From the NCBI GenBank assembly GCA_019721075.1, contig JAHEAD010000002.1:199266-219265 (forward strand): DNA of 20,000 nt, written 5' to 3'. This stretch comes from Candidatus Sysuiplasma jiujiangense (GTDB lineage Archaea > Thermoplasmatota > Thermoplasmata > Sysuiplasmatales > Sysuiplasmataceae). Below the pieces are notes generated by a model, which was not told the DNA's origin, ran no database searches, and worked only from the letters and a program-made list of their open reading frames with translations. A program made the translations under genes and the position numbers. This document shows, piece after piece, positions 1 through 9,944 of the stretch (within the stretch, counting starts at the first letter, position 1; each line of letters starts with the position of its first letter).

Positions 1-1
1 G

Positions 2-748
2 GAGAGAGAGGAAGCGGGGATGCGTCTTTTCGCAAGCGGCTGCTTCCGGCTTGTTGAAATCGGAGGCATCCACATCCATCAGGAACATCTGGACAGGACA
101 ATCGGGGAAAGCTTTGGATTCAGACCGTCGCTTATTGTTTTCCTCTCGACGCACAGATCGGAGAGCAACATGCCTGCGGCCACCATTCATCCCGTGGGGA
201 ACTACGGCAGGGCCGAGCTTGGAGGGGCCAGCAGGAAAATAGTGCGCTCCCGCGCAGCATTCATGACGGGAAGGCTGATACAGATGAAAAACGAATTTGC
301 AGACACGCGCTACGGAGCCACTTTTGAGGCAACGCACCATGGTCCCTACGTGGATGTACCGTCCCTGTTCGCCGAAATTGGAAGCGATGAAACAGCCTGG
401 CAGGATGCGGAGGCTGCCAAAAGGCTCGCGAGGGCACTGCTCGAGGGAAGGGATTCGGACGGGATGACAGCCATAGGCATTGGCGGAGGGCACTACTGTC
501 CGAGGTTTGCTGAAATAGCGGTGAAGAGGAAGATCAATTTTTCGCACTTCGTCCCGAATCACAGCCTGAGTCTTGTGGACGACACGCTTGCGGATGAAAT
601 TGTGGAGAAGAGCGACGGAGCCGAATGCGTTGTCGTACATTCGTCAAAGAAGTTCGAAGACGAACTTCATTCCGCTGAAAAACTATTCAGGGACAGAGGG
701 CTGGAGGTCATTGAGCCGTCGGGGCTGGAGCCGAGGAAAGGCATTTAG
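2..748 (+). CDS. dtdA: Archaeal D-aminoacyl-tRNA deacylase (DTD2/GEK1 family), probably 5'-truncated by the window edge
   Basis: Motifs FLSTHRS, HPVGN, EATHHGP, EIGS, GIGGGHY. The frame is open from base 2, so the true start is probably upstream of the window. The stop overlaps the convergent pyrH stop by 4 bp. Confidence 0.9.
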   Translation, partial: EREEAGMRLFASGCFRLVEIGGIHIHQEHLDRTIGESFGFRPSLIVFLSTHRSESNMPAATIHPVGNYGRAELGGASRKIVRSRAAFMTGRLIQMKNEFADTRYGATFEATHHGPYVDVPSLFAEIGSDETAWQDAEAAKRLARALLEGRDSDGMTAIGIGGGHYCPRFAEIAVKRKINFSHFVPNHSLSLVDDTLADEIVEKSDGAECVVVHSSKKFEDELHSAEKLFRDRGLEVIEPSGLEPRKGI

Positions 749-1437
749 GCCGATGTTATCATCGTTCCGACGAACGGCTCGCCTTTTATCGCCCTGATGA
801 ACTGCTGTATATCCCTCCCGTGAAGGACTGCGGTGGGTATTTTGCTCCTGCTTATCAGCTTGGCCCCGAGCGGATCGAATATGAAGCTAGAACCCGCCTC
901 CATCTTAGAATAGACAACCTTGTCCATCAGTTCCCTGAATGTCATCCTGTCAATTCTCTTTGCAGACGGATTGATCTTCGGATCGTCTGTGTAAACACCG
1001 TCCACCGATGTGGCATTGATTATTCTTGCGGCCCTGATCTTCTCAGCGGCAAGCGCGGCGACTGCATCGGTCGTCTGTCCTGGATGAGTCCCTCCCATCA
1101 CCACTATGGGGTAGTTGTTGGAGGCCAGCCTGGCTTCGTCGATGCTTTCGGCCGGTTTATAGTATGCCTTTTCCCCTAGCGCGGTGATGAGCAGTCTTGC
1201 ATTCAGCCGGGTGACTTCGATCCCCAGCTCGTCAAGGGAGGATTCGTCGGCGCCGAGGGAGCGCCCGATGGTTATGTAATAGCGTGCAATCTTTCCCCCT
1301 CCGCAGACTACAAGAAATTTATAAGAGGGCAGCATATCAAGTAGAGCAGAGGCGAGCTGTTTGATGTATGATGTATCCTCATTGTCAGGGACGAGTATTG
1401 AGCCGCCTATTGAAATTGCAATTTTTTCCTGTGCCAT
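745..1437 (-). CDS. pyrH: UMP kinase (archaeal type)
   Basis: ISIGGS, VVCGGGKIARYYI, GGTHPGQTTDAVAA, DGVYTDDPK motifs. Start moved to the ATG at 1437 (MAQEKIAISIGGS) because the longer ORF would overlap aRF1. Confidence 0.95.
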   Translation of the reverse strand: MAQEKIAISIGGSILVPDNEDTSYIKQLASALLDMLPSYKFLVVCGGGKIARYYITIGRSLGADESSLDELGIEVTRLNARLLITALGEKAYYKPAESIDEARLASNNYPIVVMGGTHPGQTTDAVAALAAEKIRAARIINATSVDGVYTDDPKINPSAKRIDRMTFRELMDKVVYSKMEAGSSFIFDPLGAKLISRSKIPTAVLHGRDIQQFIRAIKGEPFVGTMITSA

Positions 1438-1516
1438 TTGACAACCTGCCTTTTTGAATGCCCTTCTGATTAATGGGAGAGAATATTTCAGTATTAAAAA
1501 ACACTGACGTGAAAAT
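1438..1516. promoter_or_regulatory. Divergent promoter region between pyrH and aRF1
   Basis: 79-bp AT-rich gap between divergent starts. TATTAAAA begins at 1492, 25 bp before the aRF1 ATG (leaderless spacing). Confidence 0.55.
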
Positions 1517-2749
1517 ATGGAAATAAGCGAAAGACAGAGATACGATTTCAAGCGGGAGATAGAGAAGATAGCATCGTATCAGGGACGCGGAACAGAACTC
1601 ATTTCCGTTTATGTGCCTGCCGGCAAAGTTATTTCGGACATTGCCAGCTACCTGAGGGACGAACAGTCCCAGTCGTCGAATATAAAGTCGTCGACAACAA
1701 GAAAGAACGTGCAGAGTGCAATTTCATCCATACTTTCCAGACTGAAAGGTTACAAGATGGTTGCTCCGGAGCATGGGATTGTTTTCTTCGTCGGAACGGT
1801 GCCTAAGAGCGGCGACCAGACAATGATGGTGCAGCATGTCATTGAGCCTCCGGAGCCGGTGACAACATTCCTTTACAGGTGCGATTCCTCATTCTACCTG
1901 GAACCGCTGCTCGGCATGCTTGAGGTAAAGGATGTCTACGGACTGATAGTAATTGACAGAAAGGAGGCGACAATCGGATTTCTCAAGGGGCAGACCATAC
2001 AGGTTGTGAAGAACATGCATTCCCTTGTGCCCAGCAAGCACAGGATGGGAGGACAGTCGGCCCTCAGGTACGAGAGACTCATAGAGATCGCCGCGAACGA
2101 ATATTACAAGGATGTCGCCGAATTGTGCACAAACGCCTTCCTGAACGTCAAGAATCTGGCCGGCATACTTGTCGGAGGGCCGGGGAGCACCAAGGATTTC
2201 TTCGTGAAGGAACAGTATCTGCACTACGAACTGCAGAAGAAGATAATAGACACCTTCGACACCGGGTATACCGACGAGTACGGATTGAGGGAGCTCGTCG
2301 AAAAGGCAAGGGACAGGCTCAAGGACCTTGACATAATGAAGCAGAAGGCACTTATTGAAAGACTCCTGGCGGAGATCAGGAAGCCGGACGGCGGCCTCGC
2401 CGCCTATGGCATCATGGAGGTCATGGATGCGCTGAACATGGGGGCCGTCTCCCTTCTGCTCGTGAGCGAGGGGCTGAAGAAGATGAGCAGGGAATACACA
2501 TGCGGCTCCTGCGGCAACGTTGTAACACTGATACAGTCCGACAACGATACCGCTGCGCCGAAGTGCGGGAAGTGCGGCGGGCAAACGGCGCTTACCTCGG
2601 AAAGGGATCTTGTGGACGTCATGTTTGAAAAGGCGGAACAGATGGATACGGACGTGGAACTGATTTCGGCAGACTCCGAAGAAGGCAAGATGCTGCTCAC
2701 TGCATTTTCCGGGGTGGCCGCAATACTCCGTTACAGGGCGGGCAGATGA
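1517..2749 (+). CDS. prf1: Peptide chain release factor aRF1
   Basis: GTELISVY, NIKS, YRCDS (YxCxxxF) and GGQS motifs. CxxC...CxxC insert in the C-terminal domain. Confidence 0.97.
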   Translation: MEISERQRYDFKREIEKIASYQGRGTELISVYVPAGKVISDIASYLRDEQSQSSNIKSSTTRKNVQSAISSILSRLKGYKMVAPEHGIVFFVGTVPKSGDQTMMVQHVIEPPEPVTTFLYRCDSSFYLEPLLGMLEVKDVYGLIVIDRKEATIGFLKGQTIQVVKNMHSLVPSKHRMGGQSALRYERLIEIAANEYYKDVAELCTNAFLNVKNLAGILVGGPGSTKDFFVKEQYLHYELQKKIIDTFDTGYTDEYGLRELVEKARDRLKDLDIMKQKALIERLLAEIRKPDGGLAAYGIMEVMDALNMGAVSLLLVSEGLKKMSREYTCGSCGNVVTLIQSDNDTAAPKCGKCGGQTALTSERDLVDVMFEKAEQMDTDVELISADSEEGKMLLTAFSGVAAILRYRAGR

Positions 2750-4440
2750 ATATGGATCCACTCCGGCAATTCATAGACGAGGCGGAGCACCATATCGTGG
2801 AGGCGATAAGAAGGAGATACGGCACCGACATGACAATCTCGCTTGAAATACCCGGGGAGAGGGCCGACTTTTCCTATCCCTGCTTCGCACTGGCAAAGAA
2901 GGCAGGCAGGGATCCGTCGCAGATAGCCTCCGAACTGGCGGCGGACTACCGGGGAATTGATCTTGAGTTCAGTGCGACGAACGGCTACCTCAATGTAAAC
3001 GTGAGCGGCGAGAAACTTGCGTCGCTGACTGTCAGCACCATTCTCAAAGCAGGCAGAGAGTACGGCAGGACAGCCATGACGGAGGCACGGATAAATGTCG
3101 AGCACACATCAATCAACCCAAACGGTCCCGTGCATATCGGCAGGGCGAGGAATGCGATAATAGGCGACACGCTCGTGAGATGCATGAGGCAGTGCGGATA
3201 CAGCATAACCTCCGAGTATTATGTCGACGACGTGGGAAGACAGGTGGTCGTTCTCCTCTGGGGTGTGAAACATCTGGTACTGGAAGACACCGCGGAGAGC
3301 AAAGAGGACAGAAGACTCGTCCGCTATTACATCGCGGCGAGCGACAGGGCTAAGACCGATCCTGCGTGCGCAGGCGATATCCAGGAGCTGCAGCTCAGAC
3401 TGGACAGGGGCGATACGGAAACGGTAAGTGCTGCAAGACAGGTTGCGGATGCAGTTCTCTCAGGCATAAAGAAAACACTTGCATCGATCAATGTCAGCAT
3501 TGACAGATACTCGTATGAGAGCGATCTGATAGTCAGCGGAAGGGTCCGTGAGGTTATCGAGACGATGAAAAGACTGCCGGTAGCTGTCGAGGAGGACGGC
3601 GCATGGTACATCCCCGTAGGCACGAAGGACGGGGAGGACAGATTCTATTTCACAAGGAAGGACGGAACCAGCCTCTACACGACAAGGGATGTTGCCTACC
3701 ACATGGACAAATTCTCGAGGTCAGACAGGGTGATAGACGTCCTTGGGGAGGATCAGAAGCTCGGAGTCAGGTTCCTTTCGGACGCGCTGAATCTCATCGA
3801 CAGCCGGATGAAACCGGAATTTCTTTTCTACTCGTTCGTCAGCCTGCCCTCCGGCAGGATGTCCACAAGAGGAGGCAACTTCGTACTCCTCGATGACCTG
3901 GTGGAGGAGGGAAGGAAGCGTGCGAAACAGGAAGTTCTCAGGAGGAGAAGCGATATCTCTGACGGTGAGGCCGAAAAGATTGCCGTTGCAGTGGGAACAG
4001 GGGCGCTGCGATACAATATTGCAAGGATCCAGCCGGAAAAGAAGGTTGTCTTCAGGTGGGAGGACGCGCTGAATTTCGAAGGCAACAGCGCACCGTTCAT
4101 TCAGTATGCCCACGCCAGGGCGTGCAGCATACTCGAGAAGGCCGGAAAATGGGAGACAGGTGCGCTCTCATATGATGAGGACGCCGAAATTGCACTCTGC
4201 AGACAGCTCGCCATATTCCCCTCCCTTCTCAGGGATATATCCAGATCGATGGCGGTGCACAGGATGGCCGTGTATGCGCAGCAGCTTGCATCCCTCTTCA
4301 ATCAGTTTTACAGGCTTGTCACAGTCCTGAAGGCGCCTGGCGAGAAGAGGGAAAGCAGGCTTGCACTTGTCGACGCTTCGAGGATTGTGCTGGAGATTGC
4401 GCTGAATTGCCTTGGAATCGAGGCACCACGTTCGATGTGA
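2746..4440 (+). CDS. argS: Arginine--tRNA ligase
   Basis: EHTSINPNGPVHIGRARN (HIGH), RMSTRGG (KMSKS-like), PFIQYAHAR, and a C-terminal LGIEAPRSM. ATGA overlap with aRF1 suggests translational coupling. Confidence 0.97.
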   Translation: MNMDPLRQFIDEAEHHIVEAIRRRYGTDMTISLEIPGERADFSYPCFALAKKAGRDPSQIASELAADYRGIDLEFSATNGYLNVNVSGEKLASLTVSTILKAGREYGRTAMTEARINVEHTSINPNGPVHIGRARNAIIGDTLVRCMRQCGYSITSEYYVDDVGRQVVVLLWGVKHLVLEDTAESKEDRRLVRYYIAASDRAKTDPACAGDIQELQLRLDRGDTETVSAARQVADAVLSGIKKTLASINVSIDRYSYESDLIVSGRVREVIETMKRLPVAVEEDGAWYIPVGTKDGEDRFYFTRKDGTSLYTTRDVAYHMDKFSRSDRVIDVLGEDQKLGVRFLSDALNLIDSRMKPEFLFYSFVSLPSGRMSTRGGNFVLLDDLVEEGRKRAKQEVLRRRSDISDGEAEKIAVAVGTGALRYNIARIQPEKKVVFRWEDALNFEGNSAPFIQYAHARACSILEKAGKWETGALSYDEDAEIALCRQLAIFPSLLRDISRSMAVHRMAVYAQQLASLFNQFYRLVTVLKAPGEKRESRLALVDASRIVLEIALNCLGIEAPRSM

Positions 4441-4505
4441 GAAGCCTGCGCCACGCTTTGGGCTGCCGGCAGCGGGCGCTGCTACGGGGCAAGCTTAAAA
4501 ATCGT

Positions 4506-4525
4506 AAAAGAAGAAAAGGAAGAAA
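4506..4525 (-). terminator. U-rich archaeal-type terminator for the surface protein gene
   Basis: Minus strand reads TTTCTTCCTTTTCTTCTTTT about 40 nt after the stop at 4565. Confidence 0.5.
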
Positions 4526-4564
4526 TTGTTAAGATATTTATGATGTGCCTCGCACACCTGAAAC

Positions 4565-7500
4565 CTACTTCCCTTTGCCCTTGCCCTTGTCGCGCCCTCT
4601 TGCGGGCATTCTCCTGCGCAGCGCGATTACCGCTATGACAGCAACTATGATTATCACTATGCCGGCGTAGAGCGCATACACCGCAATCTGCGACTGTGTT
4701 ACGGCGATGGGCTGCGTTCCCGTGTTATCCACGGATGACAGCTGCAGTGCCGCCGATGTTTCAGCCTTCAGTGTAAAATTACCGAACGTCGCCGGTGCCC
4801 ATTTGATTGTTCCGTAGACAGTCTGGTTAGGCTTGATTACGCTGACACTTGTCTTGTTCGTACCGTTGTAGAAGACAGTGATTGTTCCGATTTTAGTCTT
4901 TGCGCCGCTCTGGGCAGCGATGGCATAGAGGGTCACCTTGGCTGACGAGGCATTGGCGTTGCCGATGTTCATGATGTTGACGGTGATTGTTCCGGGGGTT
5001 CCCTGCGTGAAGGTCTTCGGCTTGAATGTTATGTTGACGACGCGGAGATCCGGCCTCGGTTCCGATGTGACCACGAGAGAATATGTGGACGAGGCTTTAA
5101 CCCCGTTGGGAGCAATGACAGTCAGGTTGACGGTAAGAGGTGTTGAACTTATTGCGGTGTAGATGTGTGTGACGTTCATTCCACCCTGTGCGCCCGTGAG
5201 GTTCAGATAGCGGCTGTATGTTACATTGCCCTTCTGTGTGGCGTTCGTCGTGTTATGCGCATCACCGAAATTCCACTGGAAAAGGAGTACCGAATTGTTC
5301 CAGTCTGGATCGGTTGTTGCGGATGCGTTGAAGTGGACCGTGGTATTCTCCTGAACGGAGCCGCCCGCTGCCTTCCACTTGCTGTTATAGACAACAAATG
5401 ATACAATGGGCTTGAGCGTCTTATTGACCTGAACCGTTATACTCGTGGTGTTTGTAAATCCGACTTCGTCTGTCACTGTCAGGTTGAGGGTGAAGTTGCC
5501 TGCCTTCGCATATGAATGCGATGCGTTAAGGTTGGACTGCGTGTTGCTTATTACAGTGTAGTTGCGTATGCCATCTCCCCATGAAAAGTTGTATGAGATG
5601 ATGATGCCCTGGTTGTCTCCCGGACTGATTGATGCCTTTGACTTCAGGCCGTTGACGACAAACGGCACATCCTGGTTCGCGTAAACCTTTCCGGAAACTG
5701 CCGTGTTGTTCACGCTTATCACGGAAGTAAGCGTTGTGTCGTTTGCAACCCTGACGGATATTGTCATGTTCGCCCTGTCGCCCGTGACGGTTGTAGCGGT
5801 AAGCGTTATGTTGATGAAAACACCGGGCGTGGTGTAGTTGTAATAGGTGTGCGGGGCAACGGAGCTTGAAGTGTTTGTGAAAGAGGAGCTGTAGTTGGTT
5901 GTGTTCCAGTGCCATGAATAATAAAGCGGACCGCCCGAAGGATCATAGGAGCCTTGTGCGGTGTAGTTTATTGCCATTCCGGCGCGGACGATGTAGTATT
6001 TCACAACACCGCCGACCGTGTAGGCGTACGAGTACCGGCTGGAGGCAGCAGCCGCCTTGACAACCGGTTTCTGGCCGACCTTGAATGCCATTGAGACGGT
6101 TGCATAGCCGGTGGATGTTATCGTGGTATACACTACCACCGTGGTGTGACCTGAGACAGAAACGCCGGTCGAAGTCGTGGAGTTCGAGTACAGCTCGAAT
6201 CCCGGCGGCAGGACAACAGTATTGTAATAATGCATGGCGGTGGTGTTGTATGCTGCAACGAACACTGCCGAATAGGACGATGAATTTTGCGGGAGCGTGG
6301 AGAGCATTGTCGTATATGTGTCGGTAGAAACAATGCTGAAGGCGGAACCCGATGTTATTGGGCCGGTTGCAATTCCGGACAGCGTCAGGGAAAAGGCGGA
6401 TTCGTTGCTCAGATAGGGAGACGAGTTAACCTCCAGGAGGTTGTATGTCGTGGTATACTCGGGCCCGAGTCCTGCGATAAACGACTGTATCACTGAAGTG
6501 CTGTTAATCGATGGATAGCCGTTGTTGAACGCCAGGGCAAACTGCATCCTCGCGCTTGGCACAAAGCTGAAAGGAACACCGTACACCGGACTGCCGGCGT
6601 CAAGAGACTGGTTGAAACTTACAGTAAAGTTTTTCCAGTTTGCGACAGTTTGCGAATAGTAAATTGCTGTTGTAGACAGCGGGGAAGCCGAAGTGAACTT
6701 GCTGCTCAGAACGACGGAAGGAAGCAGATAGCCCGGTATATCGGCGGCAGTCACGGTGACATTGGAAATATACGAAGCGTAGCCTGTCGCATTTATTGCA
6801 GCAACATAGGTGCCCACCGGCACGAAGAAAGAAACGAGATTCGAGGAAACGCTGCCCTCAAACAGGCGCTCGGACAGCGGTATTGACGTGCTGGCATACG
6901 AGAGCATGTAGGCCCGGATGCCGGACAGTATGCCCCCGGAAGAGGAGGAAACGCTTGCCTGCATGTCTGCTGCAAGCGGAAGAGACATCTTGATTGTGGG
7001 AGAGGTGCTAATCTGCACGTTGGTGACACTCGTGTAATTTGGTGCAAAATATTCCTGTGCCGACGCATAGCTCGAATTGAGGTTGTCAACGGACGCCAAA
7101 ATTGTGTAATTGTATTTGTCGCTCACAGTGATGGAAAGCGTCCCCGCGGAGTTGGTGTAACCGGTATAAATTGTCTGGTTGCCCTCGCCGTATGCCGCCA
7201 GGACCGATCCTGTTTCCATAAACTGTACAAAGGCACCCTTAAGCCCTGTCTTTGCGAACTGCGTGTTGTTCACAATAACTGTTGCCGTCACATTGCTGGA
7301 ACTGCTCTCAGCTATCTGCATCAGGCGTATCTGGGCCGAAACGCTTGCTGTGTCGTTGAATCGGACGGGTGAAAGGAGGTGGCCGGTGAAGTATCCCGGA
7401 GCCGAAGCGTTGATCCAGTAGTATCCTGGTTCAAGCGGACCAGTCGGTGCGCCTGTTATTGAATACCCGGTGGTACTGTTAAACGTGATAGTGTAGGTCA

Positions 7501-7762
7501 GCGAAGGATAGTGTGTGTTTTCAAGCATCACGACCGCGTTCGTGAGAGGAATTAATGGAGCGCCGCCCGTCAGGGTGCCGTATACGTTGACCTGCAGAAT
7601 GTTGCCGCCGGTTGTGCCCATCGGGGCCTGCGATTTGTTGACCGAGCTCGTTATTCTGGCCGTGTTTTTTGCTGGTTCGGTCATTATCAGTGCTGCAGAC
7701 GACACGATTAATGCAGCAATCAAAAGCACGGATAATGCCTTCTTATATGCCCTGATTTCCAT
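4565..7762 (-). CDS. Large secreted, C-terminally anchored surface (glyco)protein with PKD repeats and a CARDB domain (~1065 aa)
   Basis: Signal-peptide-like N-terminus (YKKALSVLLIAALIVSSAALI) after a GGAGG-preceded ATG at 7762. PKD signatures (SYDPSG..YSWHW, FSWGDG..HSYAKAGNFTLNLTVTD, FQWNFGD), CARDB-like PDLRVVNITF, then a TM helix and a basic tail. Ser/Thr/Asn-rich with many NxS/T sequons. Confidence 0.85.
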   Translation of the reverse strand: MEIRAYKKALSVLLIAALIVSSAALIMTEPAKNTARITSSVNKSQAPMGTTGGNILQVNVYGTLTGGAPLIPLTNAVVMLENTHYPSLTYTITFNSTTGYSITGAPTGPLEPGYYWINASAPGYFTGHLLSPVRFNDTASVSAQIRLMQIAESSSSNVTATVIVNNTQFAKTGLKGAFVQFMETGSVLAAYGEGNQTIYTGYTNSAGTLSITVSDKYNYTILASVDNLNSSYASAQEYFAPNYTSVTNVQISTSPTIKMSLPLAADMQASVSSSSGGILSGIRAYMLSYASTSIPLSERLFEGSVSSNLVSFFVPVGTYVAAINATGYASYISNVTVTAADIPGYLLPSVVLSSKFTSASPLSTTAIYYSQTVANWKNFTVSFNQSLDAGSPVYGVPFSFVPSARMQFALAFNNGYPSINSTSVIQSFIAGLGPEYTTTYNLLEVNSSPYLSNESAFSLTLSGIATGPITSGSAFSIVSTDTYTTMLSTLPQNSSSYSAVFVAAYNTTAMHYYNTVVLPPGFELYSNSTTSTGVSVSGHTTVVVYTTITSTGYATVSMAFKVGQKPVVKAAAASSRYSYAYTVGGVVKYYIVRAGMAINYTAQGSYDPSGGPLYYSWHWNTTNYSSSFTNTSSSVAPHTYYNYTTPGVFINITLTATTVTGDRANMTISVRVANDTTLTSVISVNNTAVSGKVYANQDVPFVVNGLKSKASISPGDNQGIIISYNFSWGDGIRNYTVISNTQSNLNASHSYAKAGNFTLNLTVTDEVGFTNTTSITVQVNKTLKPIVSFVVYNSKWKAAGGSVQENTTVHFNASATTDPDWNNSVLLFQWNFGDAHNTTNATQKGNVTYSRYLNLTGAQGGMNVTHIYTAISSTPLTVNLTVIAPNGVKASSTYSLVVTSEPRPDLRVVNITFKPKTFTQGTPGTITVNIMNIGNANASSAKVTLYAIAAQSGAKTKIGTITVFYNGTNKTSVSVIKPNQTVYGTIKWAPATFGNFTLKAETSAALQLSSVDNTGTQPIAVTQSQIAVYALYAGIVIIIVAVIAVIALRRRMPARGRDKGKGKGK

Positions 7763-8120
7763 TAATATTTCCTCCGAATGCATTGTTTCCCCGCTCAACC
7801 CTCTTAAAAGGTAAACGGGTACTATGAGTTCGAAGACAACTTTTTCGGGACTAAATGCTACCACTTAATAAAGGTTATTGAGGATCGTGAATGCGCGTAA
7901 CACACGCCGGAGAGGATTCATGATGCATTTTATTTCGCTGGCTGCTTCCCTCATCAGCCGCCATGTGAAGCATCTGCTGCAGCCATGCTGTTTGAACATC
8001 GGGCTGCCCGGATGCCTCTGCCTGAACCCATTCGCGTAATGATACATTTAGGCATTTTTGACTGACAGGAAACTGCTTCCGGCAGAAACAGATGTTCTTG
8101 TTCGACAGGATAAAGTCCGA

Positions 8121-9785
8121 TCACGCCTGGATGCCGGAAACCGGACGCGGATGCTGTGCTTTGAGGAAGGTATTGACCATTGCCGGATCAGGAAAGAGAC
8201 AGGAGGGATTCACCCTTGCGTCTACGGTCGTGCTGAGGTCGGTCAGGTAGCTTTTCCTGCCGCCAAATCTCATAATGATTAAAGGTGACAGCATCATGGG
8301 GACAAGCCATATGGAGTTGTATACTGCACCCAGCGGATTGACAGTGACTATGCCAAACCAGAGTATCCCGTCCATTACCATGGCGTAAGCGGATATCCTG
8401 AGCACCTCCCCCGGCGACAGCGGAATTTCGTTCTTCGGGGTAACCGGTATTGTCCGCAATCCGCCGATAAAATATACGATCATGCTCTTGAACTCGTAAG
8501 GTATGGATATTGAGGCGATTGCCGAACTTAGCCACCTGTGTTTCAGGTAGGCTGACCAGCTGATGCCGCAGACGGACCGGATCGCAATGCTTACTGCGGA
8601 AACAAACACGCCCAGAATTGCCATGAAGCGGAGAATGGGCACCGACCAGTATGTTGCCACAGGATTTGACAGGAAATGCTGGAAGAAACCGGCGGCTGAT
8701 GAAGGAGTCGAAGAGAAACCGTAAACGGTCAGGAACATGCCCAGAGGCAGCAGCAGATTCGTTATATGACCTATCGGGATCTGCAGCAGATGCAGTTTCC
8801 TGCTTTTTGAGAGCCTTTTCCGCGAAAAGCCGAAAAATTCCATGGAGCCTCTGGTCCACTTGTTCTGCCTCTTGATGAAGCCACGGACATTCTCCGGCAT
8901 TGCTTCATAGGTGTGCAGCGGCACAAACCTTGAATGCCAGTTTTTCTCCGCAAGGGCAACAGCTGTTGCGAAATCCTCCGAAACATACCCTTCCACAAAG
9001 CCTCCCACTTCCTTCAGTGCAGACACCCTGATGAGTACATTGTGGCCGTAGCAGAAAACTGCATCCAGAACATTGGCAAGCTGCCGCTCCCAGACAAACT
9101 GTCCTATGCGTGTCATCGCCGCAAGAGCCTTGACGAAGCCCGTATCCAGATTCCATATGTTGATCATGCCCTGAAAAATCGCCACTCCGCTGTTGGAAGG
9201 GTGTTCGGAAAATTTTAGCGCCTCTTCCACCCAGTCGGGCGGAATATATGAGTCAGAGTCGAGCAGTACGATGTAATCGTAGGACGCATACTGACGCAGC
9301 CAGTCATTAATCGCTCCTGCCTTGAATCCCCTTCTCTCGTTTCGCCTCACAACGGTGTAGTGATGTTCAGCCGAAATACCGTCCACGATTGTCCGCGCCT
9401 CAGGATTTGTTGAATCGTCTATGATGTGGACATCGCACGGATATGACTGCCTTATGGCAGCAAGGCATTCAGGAACCACGTCGTTCATGGTGGCATACAG
9501 TATTGCGACCCTCTTCCCCGGAGGAGCCGATGAAAGCCTCGGCGGCTGGACATAATGAGTAAAGAGCGCCGTAAGCTGCCTTGCTATTCCGTAAGAGCTT
9601 CCGGAAAAGAGAACCGTCAGGACTGCAAAGAGAGCAACAGACGCCGCATGATTCCATCTGATTATGAACAGGGCCAGCGATGCTTCAAGTGCAAGAAATA
9701 TTGTTGCGTAAAGCGAATAAAATACGCGCCTGATGCCTGTCTCATAAGAATGGCGCCTTGCAGAATCGGGAACAGTCGCTTTCAT
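8121..9785 (-). CDS. Membrane-embedded family-2 glycosyltransferase, OpgH/MdoH-like
   Basis: Two N-terminal TM segments, then DDS, FKAGAINDWL, LLDSDS, YGHNVLIR, SEDF, YEAMP, RQNKW, then several C-terminal TM segments. Confidence 0.85.
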   Translation of the reverse strand: MKATVPDSARRHSYETGIRRVFYSLYATIFLALEASLALFIIRWNHAASVALFAVLTVLFSGSSYGIARQLTALFTHYVQPPRLSSAPPGKRVAILYATMNDVVPECLAAIRQSYPCDVHIIDDSTNPEARTIVDGISAEHHYTVVRRNERRGFKAGAINDWLRQYASYDYIVLLDSDSYIPPDWVEEALKFSEHPSNSGVAIFQGMINIWNLDTGFVKALAAMTRIGQFVWERQLANVLDAVFCYGHNVLIRVSALKEVGGFVEGYVSEDFATAVALAEKNWHSRFVPLHTYEAMPENVRGFIKRQNKWTRGSMEFFGFSRKRLSKSRKLHLLQIPIGHITNLLLPLGMFLTVYGFSSTPSSAAGFFQHFLSNPVATYWSVPILRFMAILGVFVSAVSIAIRSVCGISWSAYLKHRWLSSAIASISIPYEFKSMIVYFIGGLRTIPVTPKNEIPLSPGEVLRISAYAMVMDGILWFGIVTVNPLGAVYNSIWLVPMMLSPLIIMRFGGRKSYLTDLSTTVDARVNPSCLFPDPAMVNTFLKAQHPRPVSGIQA

Positions 9786-9944
9786 GGTATGGCCGTGCCG
9801 CTCGATTGCTGTTCCGCTCAGGATTGTATTTATGCTTTATTTGATAGTTTTCGAACGGATGCCGGGAAGTCGCTGCATTTTGGCCGGCGTGGCGTGCGGA
9901 CGGATTCCAATCGCGACAGAGAAACGTAAAGCTGAATGCGTGAA

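Noticed and set aside
746..748. Amber (TAG) read-through or pyrrolysine recoding, considered because aRF1 is nearby
   Set aside because: TAG codons in intact genes fall at natural protein ends. No pyl genes or interrupted conserved ORFs are present.
1889..2761. 290-aa antisense ORF over aRF1
   Set aside because: Shadow frame of a conserved gene with no recognisable motifs.
4540..4561. ATGATG...CTGA resembling C/D-box elements around a small hairpin
   Set aside because: Only ~22 nt between the boxes, an imperfect C box and no C'/D' boxes, so too short for a guide sRNA.
7763..8120. ~360-bp intergenic region as a possible ncRNA or small gene
   Set aside because: No convincing stems, repeats or coding signal found by eye, and the short ORFs look random.
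8188..8859. 223-aa alternative-frame ORF inside the GT2 gene
   Set aside because: Wholly nested in a well-supported CDS, with atypical composition and no evidence of a programmed frameshift.
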